Shown: positions 49,347 to 59,862, counted from the stretch's first letter. The stretch is 64,000 nucleotides of DNA from Abditibacteriaceae bacterium (GCA_965277285.1 OZ255721.1:576001-640000); one strand, 5' to 3'. Translations and numbers: made by a program. Notes: generated by a model not told the origin, from the sequence alone.

Positions 49347-51392
49347 TTACGAGGCTGTGGGCGCGTGATAAAGCGGCAATTCGACGATGAACGTGGCGCC
49401 ATTGCCTGCGCCGTCGCTGTGGGCTTCAACGGTTCCGCCGTGCAAGTCGATCAGCGTTTTGACGATGCTCAGTCCCAACCCGACGCCGCCATGCGAACGC
49501 GTATTTGAAGAATCGGCTTGGCGGAAGGCTTCAAAGATGTGCGGCAGGAATTCCGGCGCGATGCCTGGCCCATTGTCGCTGAATTCGACTTTGATGTGCT
49601 CGCCGTCGCAGCTTTGCGTGATGCGAATTTGGCCGTTCTCGGGCGTAAATTTAATGGCGTTCGACAGCAAGTTCCACGCGATTTGTTGCAAGCGTTGCAC
49701 GTCGCCGCAAACTGGATGCAGTTCGTCGCAGGCGTTCGAGTACTCGATATGAATGTTTTTGGCGCGCGCGGCGGGCGTCACGGTTTGAATCGCGGCCTGC
49801 ACGAATTCGCGCACCAGAACTGGCTCTTGTTCGATTTCCATGCGGCCCATCGTGAGGCGCGAAATATCCAACAAATCTTCGATCAATTGCGCTTGGAGTT
49901 TCGCATTGCGCTCAATGGCGGCGAGCGCATATACGGTCGTTTCTTCGTCCAGTTTCTGGTCGCCCAATAATTGCGCCCAACCCAGAATCGCGTTGAGCGG
50001 CGTGCGCAATTCATGCGACAGCGTGGCCAGAAATTCGTCTTTGGCGCGGCTGGCACTTTGCGCTTCCTGATGCGCTTCTTCAGCTGCGAGCCGCGCTTCA
50101 TGCTCGCGTTGCAAAGCCACGGCGCGTTGTATTTCCGCTTCGCGTTGCGCTGTCACGTCGCGCCGCATTCCCCACACGCGGCGCAAAAATCCATCTTCCC
50201 TGATGCCGATCAAGTTGGTCTCGAAATATTGCGAGTAACCTGAGTCGTCGGTCTTCTGCGCGGGAGCCTCCATCAGGCGATAACCGGCCAAAATAAAGTC
50301 GCGCAGATACGTCACGTTTTGCTCACTGATCGGCATAATGTCGTGCAAACGAGCGCCAACCAGGGCGTCAGCGTTTTCGCGGTGAAGCATTTGCGCCATC
50401 GCGTCGTTGCATTCGGCGATGGCGATGTGGTGCAGGCAATGCTCGATTTGAGTTTCGACGGGCAGGGCGCAATCGAGTGGTTCGTCCAATTCAAAGCGCC
50501 AGATCGCTTCGGAACTTTGTCGCACAAAAGCGCGGTATCGCTCTTCGCTTTGCTGCAAAACCTGCTCGAAATGCTTGCGTTCGCTGATGTCGGTCAACAT
50601 CGCCAGCGAGCCTTGAAATTGTCCGAATTCGTCGCGCAAAGGCGTGCTCGAAACCAGTGTCCAGACTGGCGAACCGTCTTTGCGCAACAATCGCGCTTCG
50701 TATTGCGCGCGCACGCCTTCGCTGCGTTGGCGAAACCGTTCCATGGCCGCGTCGCGCTCTTCGGGCGGAATGAAATCGTACAGCAAAGCGCCCTGCAATT
50801 CCTCGTTGGAATAGCCGAGCATGGTCGCCAGATGTTCGTTGCTGTAAGTTACGTGACCTTGATTATCCAAAATCCAGATGCCTTCAAACGCCGCATCGAG
50901 TACTCGACGATAGCGATCTTCGCTCGTCTGCAAAGCCCGCGAACGTGCAGCGCTCTGCGATTGCGCGCGCCGCATTGTGTAAATAAGCAGCACGATGACA
51001 ACGCTTTCCAATACGAAAAGCACGGTTTCGGTCGCTATCCATGACGTTCCCATCCACGTCGTACCCGAACCAGCGTTTAAGGAAGGTGCGGGAATTGCGG
51101 CGCTGAAAGCCAATGAAAAAGCGGCGCTCAAGAAGACGGCCAGCAAACCGGCGCCCAATCCACCGAACCAAGTGCTGAGAATAACCGCGCTGAAGAACAA
51201 CAAAAACGGCGCGTGCCCACCTAATAAACGGTCGATGCGCAGATTAAAAAACGCCGCCAAACTCACCAAAACTATCGCAATGCTGAGCCGTAGCGCCACC
51301 GATAGCGCGACCGGCGCTGGTGGCAACTTCAAGCGCGGCGCGAAGTAAGCGCGACCGCGCGGCCTGGTAGAATGGGGAGAATCGGAATTCAT
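49347..51392 (-). CDS. Membrane PAS-domain sensor histidine kinase (DUF4118-like TM, 2 PAS, HisKA, HATPase)
   Basis: FLATLSHELRTPL, NLLSNAIKFT, DNGPGI, GGVGLGL and PAS/PAC RKDGSPVW..DISERK. Confidence 0.93.
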   Translation of the reverse strand: MNSDSPHSTRPRGRAYFAPRLKLPPAPVALSVALRLSIAIVLVSLAAFFNLRIDRLLGGHAPFLLFFSAVILSTWFGGLGAGLLAVFLSAAFSLAFSAAIPAPSLNAGSGTTWMGTSWIATETVLFVLESVVIVLLIYTMRRAQSQSAARSRALQTSEDRYRRVLDAAFEGIWILDNQGHVTYSNEHLATMLGYSNEELQGALLYDFIPPEERDAAMERFRQRSEGVRAQYEARLLRKDGSPVWTLVSSTPLRDEFGQFQGSLAMLTDISERKHFEQVLQQSEERYRAFVRQSSEAIWRFELDEPLDCALPVETQIEHCLHHIAIAECNDAMAQMLHRENADALVGARLHDIMPISEQNVTYLRDFILAGYRLMEAPAQKTDDSGYSQYFETNLIGIREDGFLRRVWGMRRDVTAQREAEIQRAVALQREHEARLAAEEAHQEAQSASRAKDEFLATLSHELRTPLNAILGWAQLLGDQKLDEETTVYALAAIERNAKLQAQLIEDLLDISRLTMGRMEIEQEPVLVREFVQAAIQTVTPAARAKNIHIEYSNACDELHPVCGDVQRLQQIAWNLLSNAIKFTPENGQIRITQSCDGEHIKVEFSDNGPGIAPEFLPHIFEAFRQADSSNTRSHGGVGLGLSIVKTLIDLHGGTVEAHSDGAGNGATFIVELPLYHAPTAS

Positions 51393-51433
51393 ATCGAGAG
51401 CGTCAATTTTTGTCGCTGTTAAAACTTCGCGCT

Positions 51434-51533
51434 AAGTAACATCCGTAACGAACCCGAAGCGTGAGCGACGGGTCTTGCATCGAGATGTAGAAGACCCGTC
51501 GCTCACGCTTCGGGTTCGTTACGGATGTTACTT
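51434..51533. repeat. REPIN-like inverted pair, family A, with 43-bp perfect arms
   Basis: AAGTAACATCCGTAACGAACCCGAAGCGTGAGCGACGGGTCTT, 14-nt spacer, then the exact reverse complement. Confidence 0.88.
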
Positions 51534-51659
51534 GAACCATTCCTAAAGTTCATTGTGAGCATCCAGAACTTGTATCGAGTACTCGAAAGCGCTTGGGTGC
51601 GCAGTCTATAGTCGTCAAATGTTTAATGCCACCAGATAAGCCAAAGCATAGACAAATGA

Positions 51660-51689
51660 AAACGCCGGAGCATCGTCGCTCCGGCGTTT
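51660..51689 (-). terminator. Intrinsic terminator after glf
   Basis: Hairpin AAACGCCGGAGC / GCTCCGGCGTTT, 16 nt past the glf stop. Confidence 0.65.
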
Positions 51690-51705
51690 ATTGCGTCGCG
51701 CAGTT

Positions 51706-52821
51706 TCAATTGGAAACGGCATCGCTGCGTTTTTGTCCGCTAATTTTCCCGTACAACGCCAGCGCCTGTCCCGCGACTTGGTCCATGTTGTAGTATTTGT
51801 AAGTCGCCAGGCGACCCACGAAATGCACGTTGGGCGTCGCATCCGCGAGTTCCTGATATTTCTTGTACAAGACCGCGTTGTCCGGACGTGGAATCGGGTA
51901 ATACGGATCGCCTTCGGCCTGCGAAAACTCATACACGATGCTGGTTTTGCGGTGTTCCTGACCCGTCAAATACTTGAACTCGGTAACGCGCGTATAAAGG
52001 TAATCGTTGGGATAATTGATGACCGGCGCTTTTTGATATTGCACCATGTCGTGCGTTTCGTGCTTAAAATCGAGCGAGCGATAGGGCAATTTGCCAAAGC
52101 GCAAATCGAAAAACTCATCGACCGGGCCGCTGTAAATCATCTCGCGGAAGGGAATATACTCCTTGACATCGCGGTAATCCACGTTCAGCATGATGTGAAT
52201 ATTCGGATGATCGAGCATATTTTCAAACATTCGCGTGAAGCCGTGCAGCGGCATCGCCTGATAACTGTCGGTGAAATAGCGGTCGTCGCGGTTGGTGCGT
52301 GTCGGCACGCGCGCCGTCACGGCTGCATCGAGTTCGGACGGATCAAGTCCCCATTGCTTGAGCGTGTAGCCGCGAAAAAACTTTTCGTACAATTCGCGCC
52401 CGACTTTGTTGACAACCACATCTTCCGAAGTACGAATTTCTTCGCGCTTTTCCGCGACCGAGGCAAAGAAATCTTCGACCTGAAACGAAGTCAGGCTCAA
52501 GCCATACAACGTGTTCACCGTGTCAAGGTTGATCGGAATCGGCACCAGATGCCCGTCCACGCTGGCCAGAACGCGATGTTGATATTGGCGCCATTGCGTG
52601 AAGCGCGACAGGTAGTTGAAAATTTCCGCCGAGTTGGTGTGAAAGATATGTGGCCCATAGCGGTGAATCAAAATCCCCGCATCGTTGTAACAATCGTAAG
52701 CGTTGCCCGCGATGTGAGGCCGCTTGTCCACGATCAAGACTTTTTTGTTTGAACCTCGCGCCAAACGTTCGGCCAAAATGCTGCCCGCAAAACCGGCACC
52801 GACAATAAGATAATCGTACAT
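51706..52821 (-). CDS. glf: UDP-galactopyranose mutase
   Basis: YDYLIVGAGFAG, HRYGPHIFHTN, YTLKQWG, LPYRSL, PYYPIP and GRLATYKYYNMD. Confidence 0.95.
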   Translation of the reverse strand: MYDYLIVGAGFAGSILAERLARGSNKKVLIVDKRPHIAGNAYDCYNDAGILIHRYGPHIFHTNSAEIFNYLSRFTQWRQYQHRVLASVDGHLVPIPINLDTVNTLYGLSLTSFQVEDFFASVAEKREEIRTSEDVVVNKVGRELYEKFFRGYTLKQWGLDPSELDAAVTARVPTRTNRDDRYFTDSYQAMPLHGFTRMFENMLDHPNIHIMLNVDYRDVKEYIPFREMIYSGPVDEFFDLRFGKLPYRSLDFKHETHDMVQYQKAPVINYPNDYLYTRVTEFKYLTGQEHRKTSIVYEFSQAEGDPYYPIPRPDNAVLYKKYQELADATPNVHFVGRLATYKYYNMDQVAGQALALYGKISGQKRSDAVSN

Positions 52822-52891
52822 GAAATGTATTGAGTAACCTTTGGATAAACCACAGAGACACAGAAAAAAGAAGGGAGAAGTGGAAAGTAAT

Positions 52892-52963
52892 ACTTTGTCA
52901 TTCTGAGCGCAGCAAAGAATCTGATTAAAGTTAGATTCTTCGCTGCGCTCAGAATGACAAAGT
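52892..52963. repeat. Inverted-repeat element, family B
   Basis: ACTTTGTCATTCTGAGCGCAGCAAAGAATCT ... AGATTCTTCGCTGCGCTCAGAATGACAAAGT. Confidence 0.85.
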
Positions 52964-53087
52964 GCGAGTTTGACGATTTTTCTACTTCCTCTCCACGACG
53001 AGCGCAGCAAACAAAAACGACTTGCAAGTTTCGAGTACTCGATCTTTCTTTCCTTGGCGTCCTTTGCGCCTTGACGGTTCTAATTTC

Positions 53088-54317
53088 TCACGCCGAAACA
53101 GCCATATCGTCGTCTTCGCTTTGCGCAGTTTTGGCTTGCAGAACGTTGTCGATGTGCGCTTCGAGTTGGGCGACGATGGCGTCCCACGTATTGTCGTGCG
53201 CCATTTTCAAGCCGCGCGAAATCAATTTCTGGTCGGGTTGCGCGACGGCGTTCTGGCACAACCAGATGAACGCTTCGTGCGAATGCGCGATTTGCACGAC
53301 TTTGCTGAAGTTGGAAACCACGTCGGGAACCGCGCTCGAGACAATCGGTTTCGCGGTCGCCATGTATTCCAGCGCCTTAGTCGGGTTGATGTATTCGGTC
53401 GCTTCGTTCAAGGCGAACGGCATCAAGCAAACATCGAACGCTTTGGTATAAGCCGGAAGCTGCGTATAATCGCGCCCGCCCAGCCAGTGCAAGTTGGCGC
53501 GCTGTGGCAAAGTTTTCGGATCGACTTTGCAGACCGGCCCAACGATCACAACGTTCCACTTCGGGTTCGCGTCGGCGAGTTTTTCCACCAATTCGTAATC
53601 CATGCGCTCATCGACAACGCCGAAGTAGCCCAAAATCGGGCCTTGCAAATCTTTCACGTCGTCGGGAATCGGCGTGGTGGCGGAGCGCGCTTTACCAAAA
53701 TGCGCGACATCGACGCCGCAACCATAAAAGTGGCAGTTCGTGTTGTAGCGGCTTTTCGATTCCCACATTTTGCGACCGCCAGCGAACACGACATCGGCGA
53801 TGCCCAGCAGTTGACGCTCGCGCTGAACCAGTTCTTTGGGTGCGCCCTTGAACTGCGAAAGTTCGTCCATGCAGTCGTAAACAATGGCGTTTTCGTTCAT
53901 GTTGCCCGCGAACGCTGTCACCGCCATCGGATCGTAAAACCATTGAACCGGCTGCTCGAACTTCCCTTTGAGACCTATTTGAGTACTCGAAAGCGCTTCG
54001 CGCACCAGGCGCAAACGTTCGGCGTCGACCCAGGCGCCATCGCTGCAGCGCGACCACGGAATCGTCATTTGCAGCACCCAAATGTTGGGATAATCTTCCA
54101 CGTTTTTCACCGTGAAAGACGACGTTTCGACGCCCTCGAAACTGGGGCCTTGAACGAACAAAATGCGGTGCTTCTTGGAAAGGCGCGACAAGAATTGTTG
54201 CGGGCGCTGCCAAACCCAATCCCAGCCGAGATGCGAATGCACGATGATCGGATAAGAGGAAGACGGAGTTTTAACGGAAGACGGCAATGCGGTCGGCGAA
54301 AGAACGGAAAGTGACAT
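53088..54317 (-). CDS. GT-B glycosyltransferase associated with glf
   Basis: HLGWDWVWQRPQQ, VYDCMDELS, GYFGVVDERMD and FALNEATEYINPTKALEYMA. Confidence 0.9.
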   Translation of the reverse strand: MSLSVLSPTALPSSVKTPSSSYPIIVHSHLGWDWVWQRPQQFLSRLSKKHRILFVQGPSFEGVETSSFTVKNVEDYPNIWVLQMTIPWSRCSDGAWVDAERLRLVREALSSTQIGLKGKFEQPVQWFYDPMAVTAFAGNMNENAIVYDCMDELSQFKGAPKELVQRERQLLGIADVVFAGGRKMWESKSRYNTNCHFYGCGVDVAHFGKARSATTPIPDDVKDLQGPILGYFGVVDERMDYELVEKLADANPKWNVVIVGPVCKVDPKTLPQRANLHWLGGRDYTQLPAYTKAFDVCLMPFALNEATEYINPTKALEYMATAKPIVSSAVPDVVSNFSKVVQIAHSHEAFIWLCQNAVAQPDQKLISRGLKMAHDNTWDAIVAQLEAHIDNVLQAKTAQSEDDDMAVSA

Positions 54318-54891
54318 AAAAAATCTCCTGATAATTTGGCGTCAAGTTGTTGCGCGCAGGCTTCAGCCAAAGGCTTCAGCAAAATACAGGCGCGGCGAAA
54401 CCTGACTTTGCGTTGACTCAAAGCCGGAATGTTTTCGTGACAACGCTTAGGCAACAAAGGCTGACAAAACGGTTCCGGCGATAAAATTGGAAAACTGAAG
54501 GTCATTGTCTAAAGAAAGACAATGATCTGTTAAGAATTCATTAGTAAGGGCGACGCGATTCGAGAGAATCGGCGAGCGCCAATGTCGGCAAGGGCTTGAA
54601 GAGGAGGCCGCAACAAAATTGCAAAAATAACGAAGCCAGCGTTGCCGACAAAACTGTTTTTAACAGTTATAGAAGATCAAAGTTCGCATTGGTTTCCGCC
54701 TTCATTTTACCGCAAACAAGGTGCCTCTTACAAATTCACTGTGTTTTGCAGCGCACGAAAATGCAATGCGAACGGCGGTTACACAACATCGAGTACTCGA
54801 TTGCTTGACGGTTCTTTGTGATCGCCCAGCAAGAATGATTTTGCGATTTTCTTACCAATTTATGAGAACACGATTTCGACAGAACACCAGG

Positions 54892-55596
54892 TTACCCGAG
54901 TTTTCTGCCAATAGAATCGAATTCGTGGCGCAGAATGCCGTAACATTCGCAAGCGCAACCTTCCAGTCCGTTGCCATCGGTGATGGTGATGTGACCGCGC
55001 GTATATTGAATGAAACCGGCCTGGCGCAAAACGCCCGCTGCGACCGTAACGCCCGAACGCCGCGTGCCCAGCATATGCGCGATGAACTCTTGCGTGATGT
55101 TGAGTTCGTCCGAACCGATGCGGTCGCGGATAGTCAGCAGCCAGCGGCTCAGGCGCTCTTCTACAGTGTGAATGCGATTGCACAACGCGGCTTGCGAGGT
55201 TTGCGCGACCAGCGTTTGCATATAGCGCAAGATCACGGGTTGCAGGCTGCCGCCGCGCCGAAACTCGTCGCGGAACGCTTCCGCCGTCATCCAGAAAGCG
55301 CGACCCTCGATTTGCACCATGGCGCGCGTCGTCGGAGCATTTTGCGCCAGAGCAGAAGGCACGCCTGCCCCGCCTTCATGCGCCACGACACCGGCTTCGA
55401 CCTGCGTGCCTTCCATGGACGCCACTACCAGCGAAATCATGCCGCTGATGGGAAAATAAACGCGCTGAACAGGTTCGCCCGCTTCGTAAATAATGCGTCC
55501 CACCGGCATTGAAACGGGCGTTAAAAGCTCTTTGATACGGTCGCGTTCGGGCGCTGAAAGCGATGCCAAGATAACGTTCTTTTCGATTTGCTCCAT
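54892..55596 (-). CDS. Crp/Fnr-family transcriptional regulator
   Basis: VYFPISGMISL, CNRIHTVEERLSRWLL and HTH ITQEFIAHMLGTRRSGVT. Confidence 0.92.
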   Translation of the reverse strand: MEQIEKNVILASLSAPERDRIKELLTPVSMPVGRIIYEAGEPVQRVYFPISGMISLVVASMEGTQVEAGVVAHEGGAGVPSALAQNAPTTRAMVQIEGRAFWMTAEAFRDEFRRGGSLQPVILRYMQTLVAQTSQAALCNRIHTVEERLSRWLLTIRDRIGSDELNITQEFIAHMLGTRRSGVTVAAGVLRQAGFIQYTRGHITITDGNGLEGCACECYGILRHEFDSIGRKLG

Positions 55597-55875
55597 CGGA
55601 TTGCGCGTGGAGATTCGTGCGCTACTGGAGTAACCGTCCTGCGAAAATAAAAAAGGGTTCACTCTGCCTCCTGCTACGAGATGCACAGTAAATGATGCCA
55701 AAGATTCACGCTTCTGAAAATCGGGTAAAAAACACTTTTTGTCGGGGCTTTCCCTGATTTTTGCAAAGGAATCGCCGCACAATCGAGTACTCGATAGACG
55801 AACCTGGAGAGTTCTATAACTGGTAGGAGCTACATAAAACTATGGTAACGGCTCCATTGAGCAAGCCGGTGAAAA

Positions 55876-55953
55876 GAACCCTGAGCGTCAGCGACGGGTG
55901 AAGTAACACAGACATCAAACTGTAAGTTCACCCGTCGCTGACGCTCAGGGTTC
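55876..55953. repeat. REPIN-like inverted pair, family A
   Basis: GAACCCTGAGCGTCAGCGACGGGTGAA ... TTCACCCGTCGCTGACGCTCAGGGTTC. Confidence 0.85.
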
Positions 55954-55954
55954 G

Positions 55955-56663
55955 TTAGGCTGGTTGGTCTTCATTTTGTTGCAGCCAATCGTGTGCGAGA
56001 GCGTAGCGCACGATGTCGGCGCGGCTTTGCAAGCCCAGTTTTTCCATGCAGCGCGCGATGCGTTTCCACGGTTTTGACGCTGATGAACAAAGTGGTGGCA
56101 ATCTCTTTGTTGGTGTGTCCCCACGCGATGTAGCGCAAAACTTCGCCTTCGCGCACGCTTAAAACATCGTCTTGTTGCAGGTCGCTGTTGCTGTCTGAGT
56201 AAGCGCCGACAATTTTGCTGGCGACGATCGCGCACACGTAAATGCCGCCTTCAAAAACGACGTTCAAGGCGTGAATCAATTCTTCGGAAATGGCGCGCTT
56301 GAGAACAAAACCAGAAGCTCCAGCGCGCAGCGTGCGACGAAAATAAGCCTCGTCTTCGTGCGCGCTGAGAGCGAGAACTTTGACGTTCGGGCAATCGCGC
56401 TTGATATTTTCCGTCGCCTCAACGCCGTTCATGTCCGGCATCGAAATATCCATCACCACGATGTCGGGCGAAAGCGCTTTGACGCGCTCCCAGGTTTCGC
56501 GCCCGCTGCCCGCTTCGCCGCCGACTTTCATGATCGTCTGCTCTTCAATCAAACGCTTCAAGCCTTCGCGGATCAGAGCATGGTCGTCGGCCAGGAAAAC
56601 GCGAATCGGCGAACGTTCGGCAGGATGTTCGGTAAAAGGTTTGGCGAGAGGTTCAGCAGCCAT
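55955..56663 (-). pseudogene. NarL/LuxR-family response regulator with a frameshift in the C-terminal HTH
   Basis: REC domain (LADDH, MDISMPDMNG) and HTH to KTVETHRA. The canonical tail MEKLGLQSRADIVRYAL continues in another frame after the GC run at 56051-56057. Confidence 0.75.
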
Positions 56664-56772
56664 AAGGTTCTCCGTAAAGCACGGAGCCGTTCGAGTACTC
56701 GATGTGAGCAAGAAAACGAGGCCGCCTGGTTGTCATTATGATGACGATTTGAATTGTTCGGTCGTTAAACGC

Positions 56773-57711
56773 TTACGGCGTTGTTTCGTCTTCTTGGAAG
56801 GAAACGGAGGCGCGCGCGAAAACTGTTGTGCCGCTGCCCGGTTCGGCTTCAATGGTCAGCGTTCCACCGACGAGCTCCAATCGCTCGCGCATTCCCAAAA
56901 GTCCCAAACGCGTGTTTTCTTGCAGCGTGGCTTCCACATCGAAGCCGCACCCGTTGTCTTCAATGATCGCTATGACCTGATGGTCGCGGCGTTCTATCAC
57001 GACGCTGGCGTGTTGCGCATTGGCGTGCCGCATCACGTTAGTGAGAGATTCCTGAATCACGCGAAAAAAGGTGGTTTGCAACGCCGCATCCAAAGGCGGC
57101 ACGCGCTCGAAACCGCGCGCATGAAAATCGAGTTGGACAGACGGACAGCGCTGCTTCCATCGATCGATATAGTGTTCCAGCGCTGCTTCCAAACCCAGAT
57201 CGTCCAAAGCCGCGGGACGCAATTCCCACGCGATCTGATGAACGCGCTGCATCATCTCGGAAGTCAGTTCCTGCAATTGCTCGATGCGGCGATTGCTGGA
57301 TGGCGCGCGCATTGTGTCGGCGTCAAAATCGGGCAGGGCGTTCAAACCCATTTGCAATGCCGTCAAATGTTGCCCTAACTCGTCATGCAACTCGCGCGAA
57401 ACACGATGGCGCTCTTCTTCTTGCGCCGCCACCAAACGCCCCATTATTTGACGATAGTCGTTTGCAGTACGCATGCTTTCGGTTTCGCTGCGCATGCTTT
57501 CCTCGTGTTGCGCTTGAAGTTGCGCTTGAAGTTCCAATTCAGCGATGCGTTGTCGAAGCTGAGCATTTTGCTCGCGCAGCGACTTATTCGCTAAAGATTC
57601 GTCCGTTAAAGATTCGTCCGTTGAAGAATGTTCGGGGGAAGAAAGGGAAGCGTTGTGGTCGCGTGCCGAAGGCGGCGTAAGACCCAACATAAGAAAGCAT
57701 ACCTTCGCCAT
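56773..57711 (-). CDS. Cytoplasmic HisKA_3 (NarX/NreB-type) histidine kinase
   Basis: QEEERHRVSRELHDELGQ, QESLTNVMRHA, EDNGCGF and LGLLGMRER. Start uncertain. Confidence 0.88.
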   Translation of the reverse strand: MAKVCFLMLGLTPPSARDHNASLSSPEHSSTDESLTDESLANKSLREQNAQLRQRIAELELQAQLQAQHEESMRSETESMRTANDYRQIMGRLVAAQEEERHRVSRELHDELGQHLTALQMGLNALPDFDADTMRAPSSNRRIEQLQELTSEMMQRVHQIAWELRPAALDDLGLEAALEHYIDRWKQRCPSVQLDFHARGFERVPPLDAALQTTFFRVIQESLTNVMRHANAQHASVVIERRDHQVIAIIEDNGCGFDVEATLQENTRLGLLGMRERLELVGGTLTIEAEPGSGTTVFARASVSFQEDETTP

Positions 57712-57814
57712 GTGGCGTGTTCGAGTACTCGAAACGAGTCTTGTTTGCGGCTATGCTCTTACTATAACAGTTCCCCAAAAATCTGTGGACAGATGTGCAT
57801 TTTGCACATAACAT

Positions 57815-58114
57815 CTATGCCAAGTGCGCGATGTCCGGCATTCTGTTGCCGCTGTGCGTTGCGCTTTCCACCTTGATGTCAATTTCAAAGGCTAACGGTT
57901 GCAGCGTGCCATGCTGCTGATATTCCATCCATTGGCGGCACGTTTGAAGCGGCAAAAACAAGGTGCGATAAGGCGACTGAACCTGAAACACAACGCCCCC
58001 GGGGAAAACACGAAACGTTTGGCCCGTCGCGCGTCGCAAAGCGCGGCTAATCGGGTTGTTTTCCAAATCGTCCCGCGATTCCGCGATGTCCGCTTCCGTT
58101 ACATGAATAATCAT
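57815..58114 (-). CDS. Small hypothetical protein
   Basis: MIIHVTEADI..NPISRALRR. Strong GGAGGT SD. Confidence 0.65.
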   Translation of the reverse strand: MIIHVTEADIAESRDDLENNPISRALRRATGQTFRVFPGGVVFQVQSPYRTLFLPLQTCRQWMEYQQHGTLQPLAFEIDIKVESATHSGNRMPDIAHLA

Positions 58115-58266
58115 TGACACACCTCCACCTTCTGACATTCAAAATTGCCACAGCTCTTTCGTCGCGTCAGTGCGCTGGAAAACAAAAAGCCGCACGAAAA
58201 TTATTCACGCGGTTTCATTGGTGAAATCGAGGACTCGAAACGTGGCGAGAAAGGAGATTTACACCA

Positions 58267-58358
58267 CGAAAGTAGCAGTTTGTCATTCTGAGCGCAGCAA
58301 AGAATCTATGTGCAGTTAGATTCTTCGCTGCGCTCAGAATGACAAACTGCTACTTTCG
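58267..58358. repeat. Inverted-repeat element, family B, with extended arms
   Basis: CGAAAGTAGCAGTTTGTCATTCTGAGCGCAGC ... GCTGCGCTCAGAATGACAAACTGCTACTTTCG. Confidence 0.85.
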
Positions 58359-58418
58359 AGCGTTGCGCCGACTATTTAGCTGATCGCTTTAGCTGATCGC
58401 TTAAAACAGCGGCTTCAA

Positions 58419-59633
58419 TCAACCGAAATCGAGCATTCGTTGCAACGCCATTTTCGCTTCGCCCGCAATCGGTTCGGGCACCACAATCTGGTTGACGACT
58501 TTGCCTTGCAGCAAATTGTCCAAGACCCACAGCAAATGCGGCGCATCCACGCGATACATCGTCGAGCACACGCACACGTTCGGGTTTAGGCAAACCACCG
58601 TTTTATCAGGATTTTCCAGCGCCAAACGGCTCACCAAATTGATTTCCGTTCCAACTGCGAAGACCGAACCGGCAGGCGCTTCCTCAATAATCTTTTTGAT
58701 CTTCTCGGTCGAACCATACGCGTCGGCTTTGATCATCACGTCGTAAGTGCATTCCGGATGAACCACGACGGTAATTCCTGGATAACGCTTGCGAATGTTG
58801 TCGACGTGAATCGGCATAAACGTGCCATGAACCGAACAATGACCTTTCCACAACAAAATCTTGGCGGCGCGCAAAGCTGCTTCGCTTTGTCCGCCCATAT
58901 CTTCAAACGGATCCCACACGATGCAATCGTCCAGCGAAAATCCCATTTCGAGAACAGCCGTATTGCGCCCCAAATGCTGATCGGGGAAGAACAGTAACTT
59001 TTCGCCGCCCGCGCCGCCGTTTTCAATTGGCGTCAACGCCCACGTCATGATTTTTTTGGCGTTGCTGCTGGTGCAAACCGAACCGCCGTGACGCCCAACG
59101 AACGCCTTCAGATTGGCCGCCGAGTTCATATACGTAATCGGCACGATGTGCTGTCCAACGCACGCTTCCAGCAGGCTGTCCCACGCTTCTTCGACCTGAT
59201 CGATGTCCGCCATGTCCGCCATCGAGCAACCGGCGTGCAGGTCAGGCAAAATCACTTTCTGGTGCGGCGCGCTCAAAATATCGGCGCTTTCCGCCATAAA
59301 ATGCACGCCGCAGAAAATAATAGTATCGGCTTCAGGATGCGCCGCGGCATCTTTGCACAACTTGAAGCTATCGCCGCGAAAATCGGCCCAGCGAATCACT
59401 TCCTCGCGCTGATAATGATGACCTAAAATCACCAATTTATCGCCCAAGATTTCTTTGGCGCGCGCGATGCCAACCGCCAATTCATCGGGCGTCATCAGTT
59501 CGTATTTGCGCGGCAGCGGCACTTGCAACTGCGCGCCGCTTTCCATCGTGATGTGACCCACCAAAGTGCCGTCATTTTGATGGATTTTGTTGAACGTCTC
59601 ACTTAACGCGCCCTGCAATTGCAATGTCGCCAT
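58419..59633 (-). CDS. nadA: Quinolinate synthase
   Basis: LGHHYQ, FCGVHFMAE, AGCSMA, YMNS, CTSSNA, PDQHLG, GHCSVH, HPEC and GST. Confidence 0.95.
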   Translation of the reverse strand: MATLQLQGALSETFNKIHQNDGTLVGHITMESGAQLQVPLPRKYELMTPDELAVGIARAKEILGDKLVILGHHYQREEVIRWADFRGDSFKLCKDAAAHPEADTIIFCGVHFMAESADILSAPHQKVILPDLHAGCSMADMADIDQVEEAWDSLLEACVGQHIVPITYMNSAANLKAFVGRHGGSVCTSSNAKKIMTWALTPIENGGAGGEKLLFFPDQHLGRNTAVLEMGFSLDDCIVWDPFEDMGGQSEAALRAAKILLWKGHCSVHGTFMPIHVDNIRKRYPGITVVVHPECTYDVMIKADAYGSTEKIKKIIEEAPAGSVFAVGTEINLVSRLALENPDKTVVCLNPNVCVCSTMYRVDAPHLLWVLDNLLQGKVVNQIVVPEPIAGEAKMALQRMLDFG

Positions 59634-59862
59634 GTCGCACATTCCTTTCGTTTTCGAGATATTGTGACTTCTTTCACAAAGTTGGCCAAATAAAAAGCCT
59701 CAACTGTGGAGGCGGGTTTGTGGACGAGTTGGCTGCGGCCTCGTTCGGATTGTTTTCAACACGTCTTCGATGTCGCAATTGTACGGCGCGGTTCCTCATT
59801 CGTCAAGGTTTCGATTTGAGTTGAGGAATCGAGTGAGAGTAAGAGATTTTTATAGTGCGAAC

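Noticed and set aside
52822..53010. N-terminal extensions in the ORF track for glf (also nuoA, aroQ, Crp, araH, GH2 and the ATPase)
   Set aside because: They run through repeats or upstream genes. Homology starts at downstream ATGs.
31681..53080. Loose short-period repeats at about 31681, 34120-34215, 52848 and 53050
   Set aside because: They resemble degenerate intergenic repeats but are too short and variable to define from this window.
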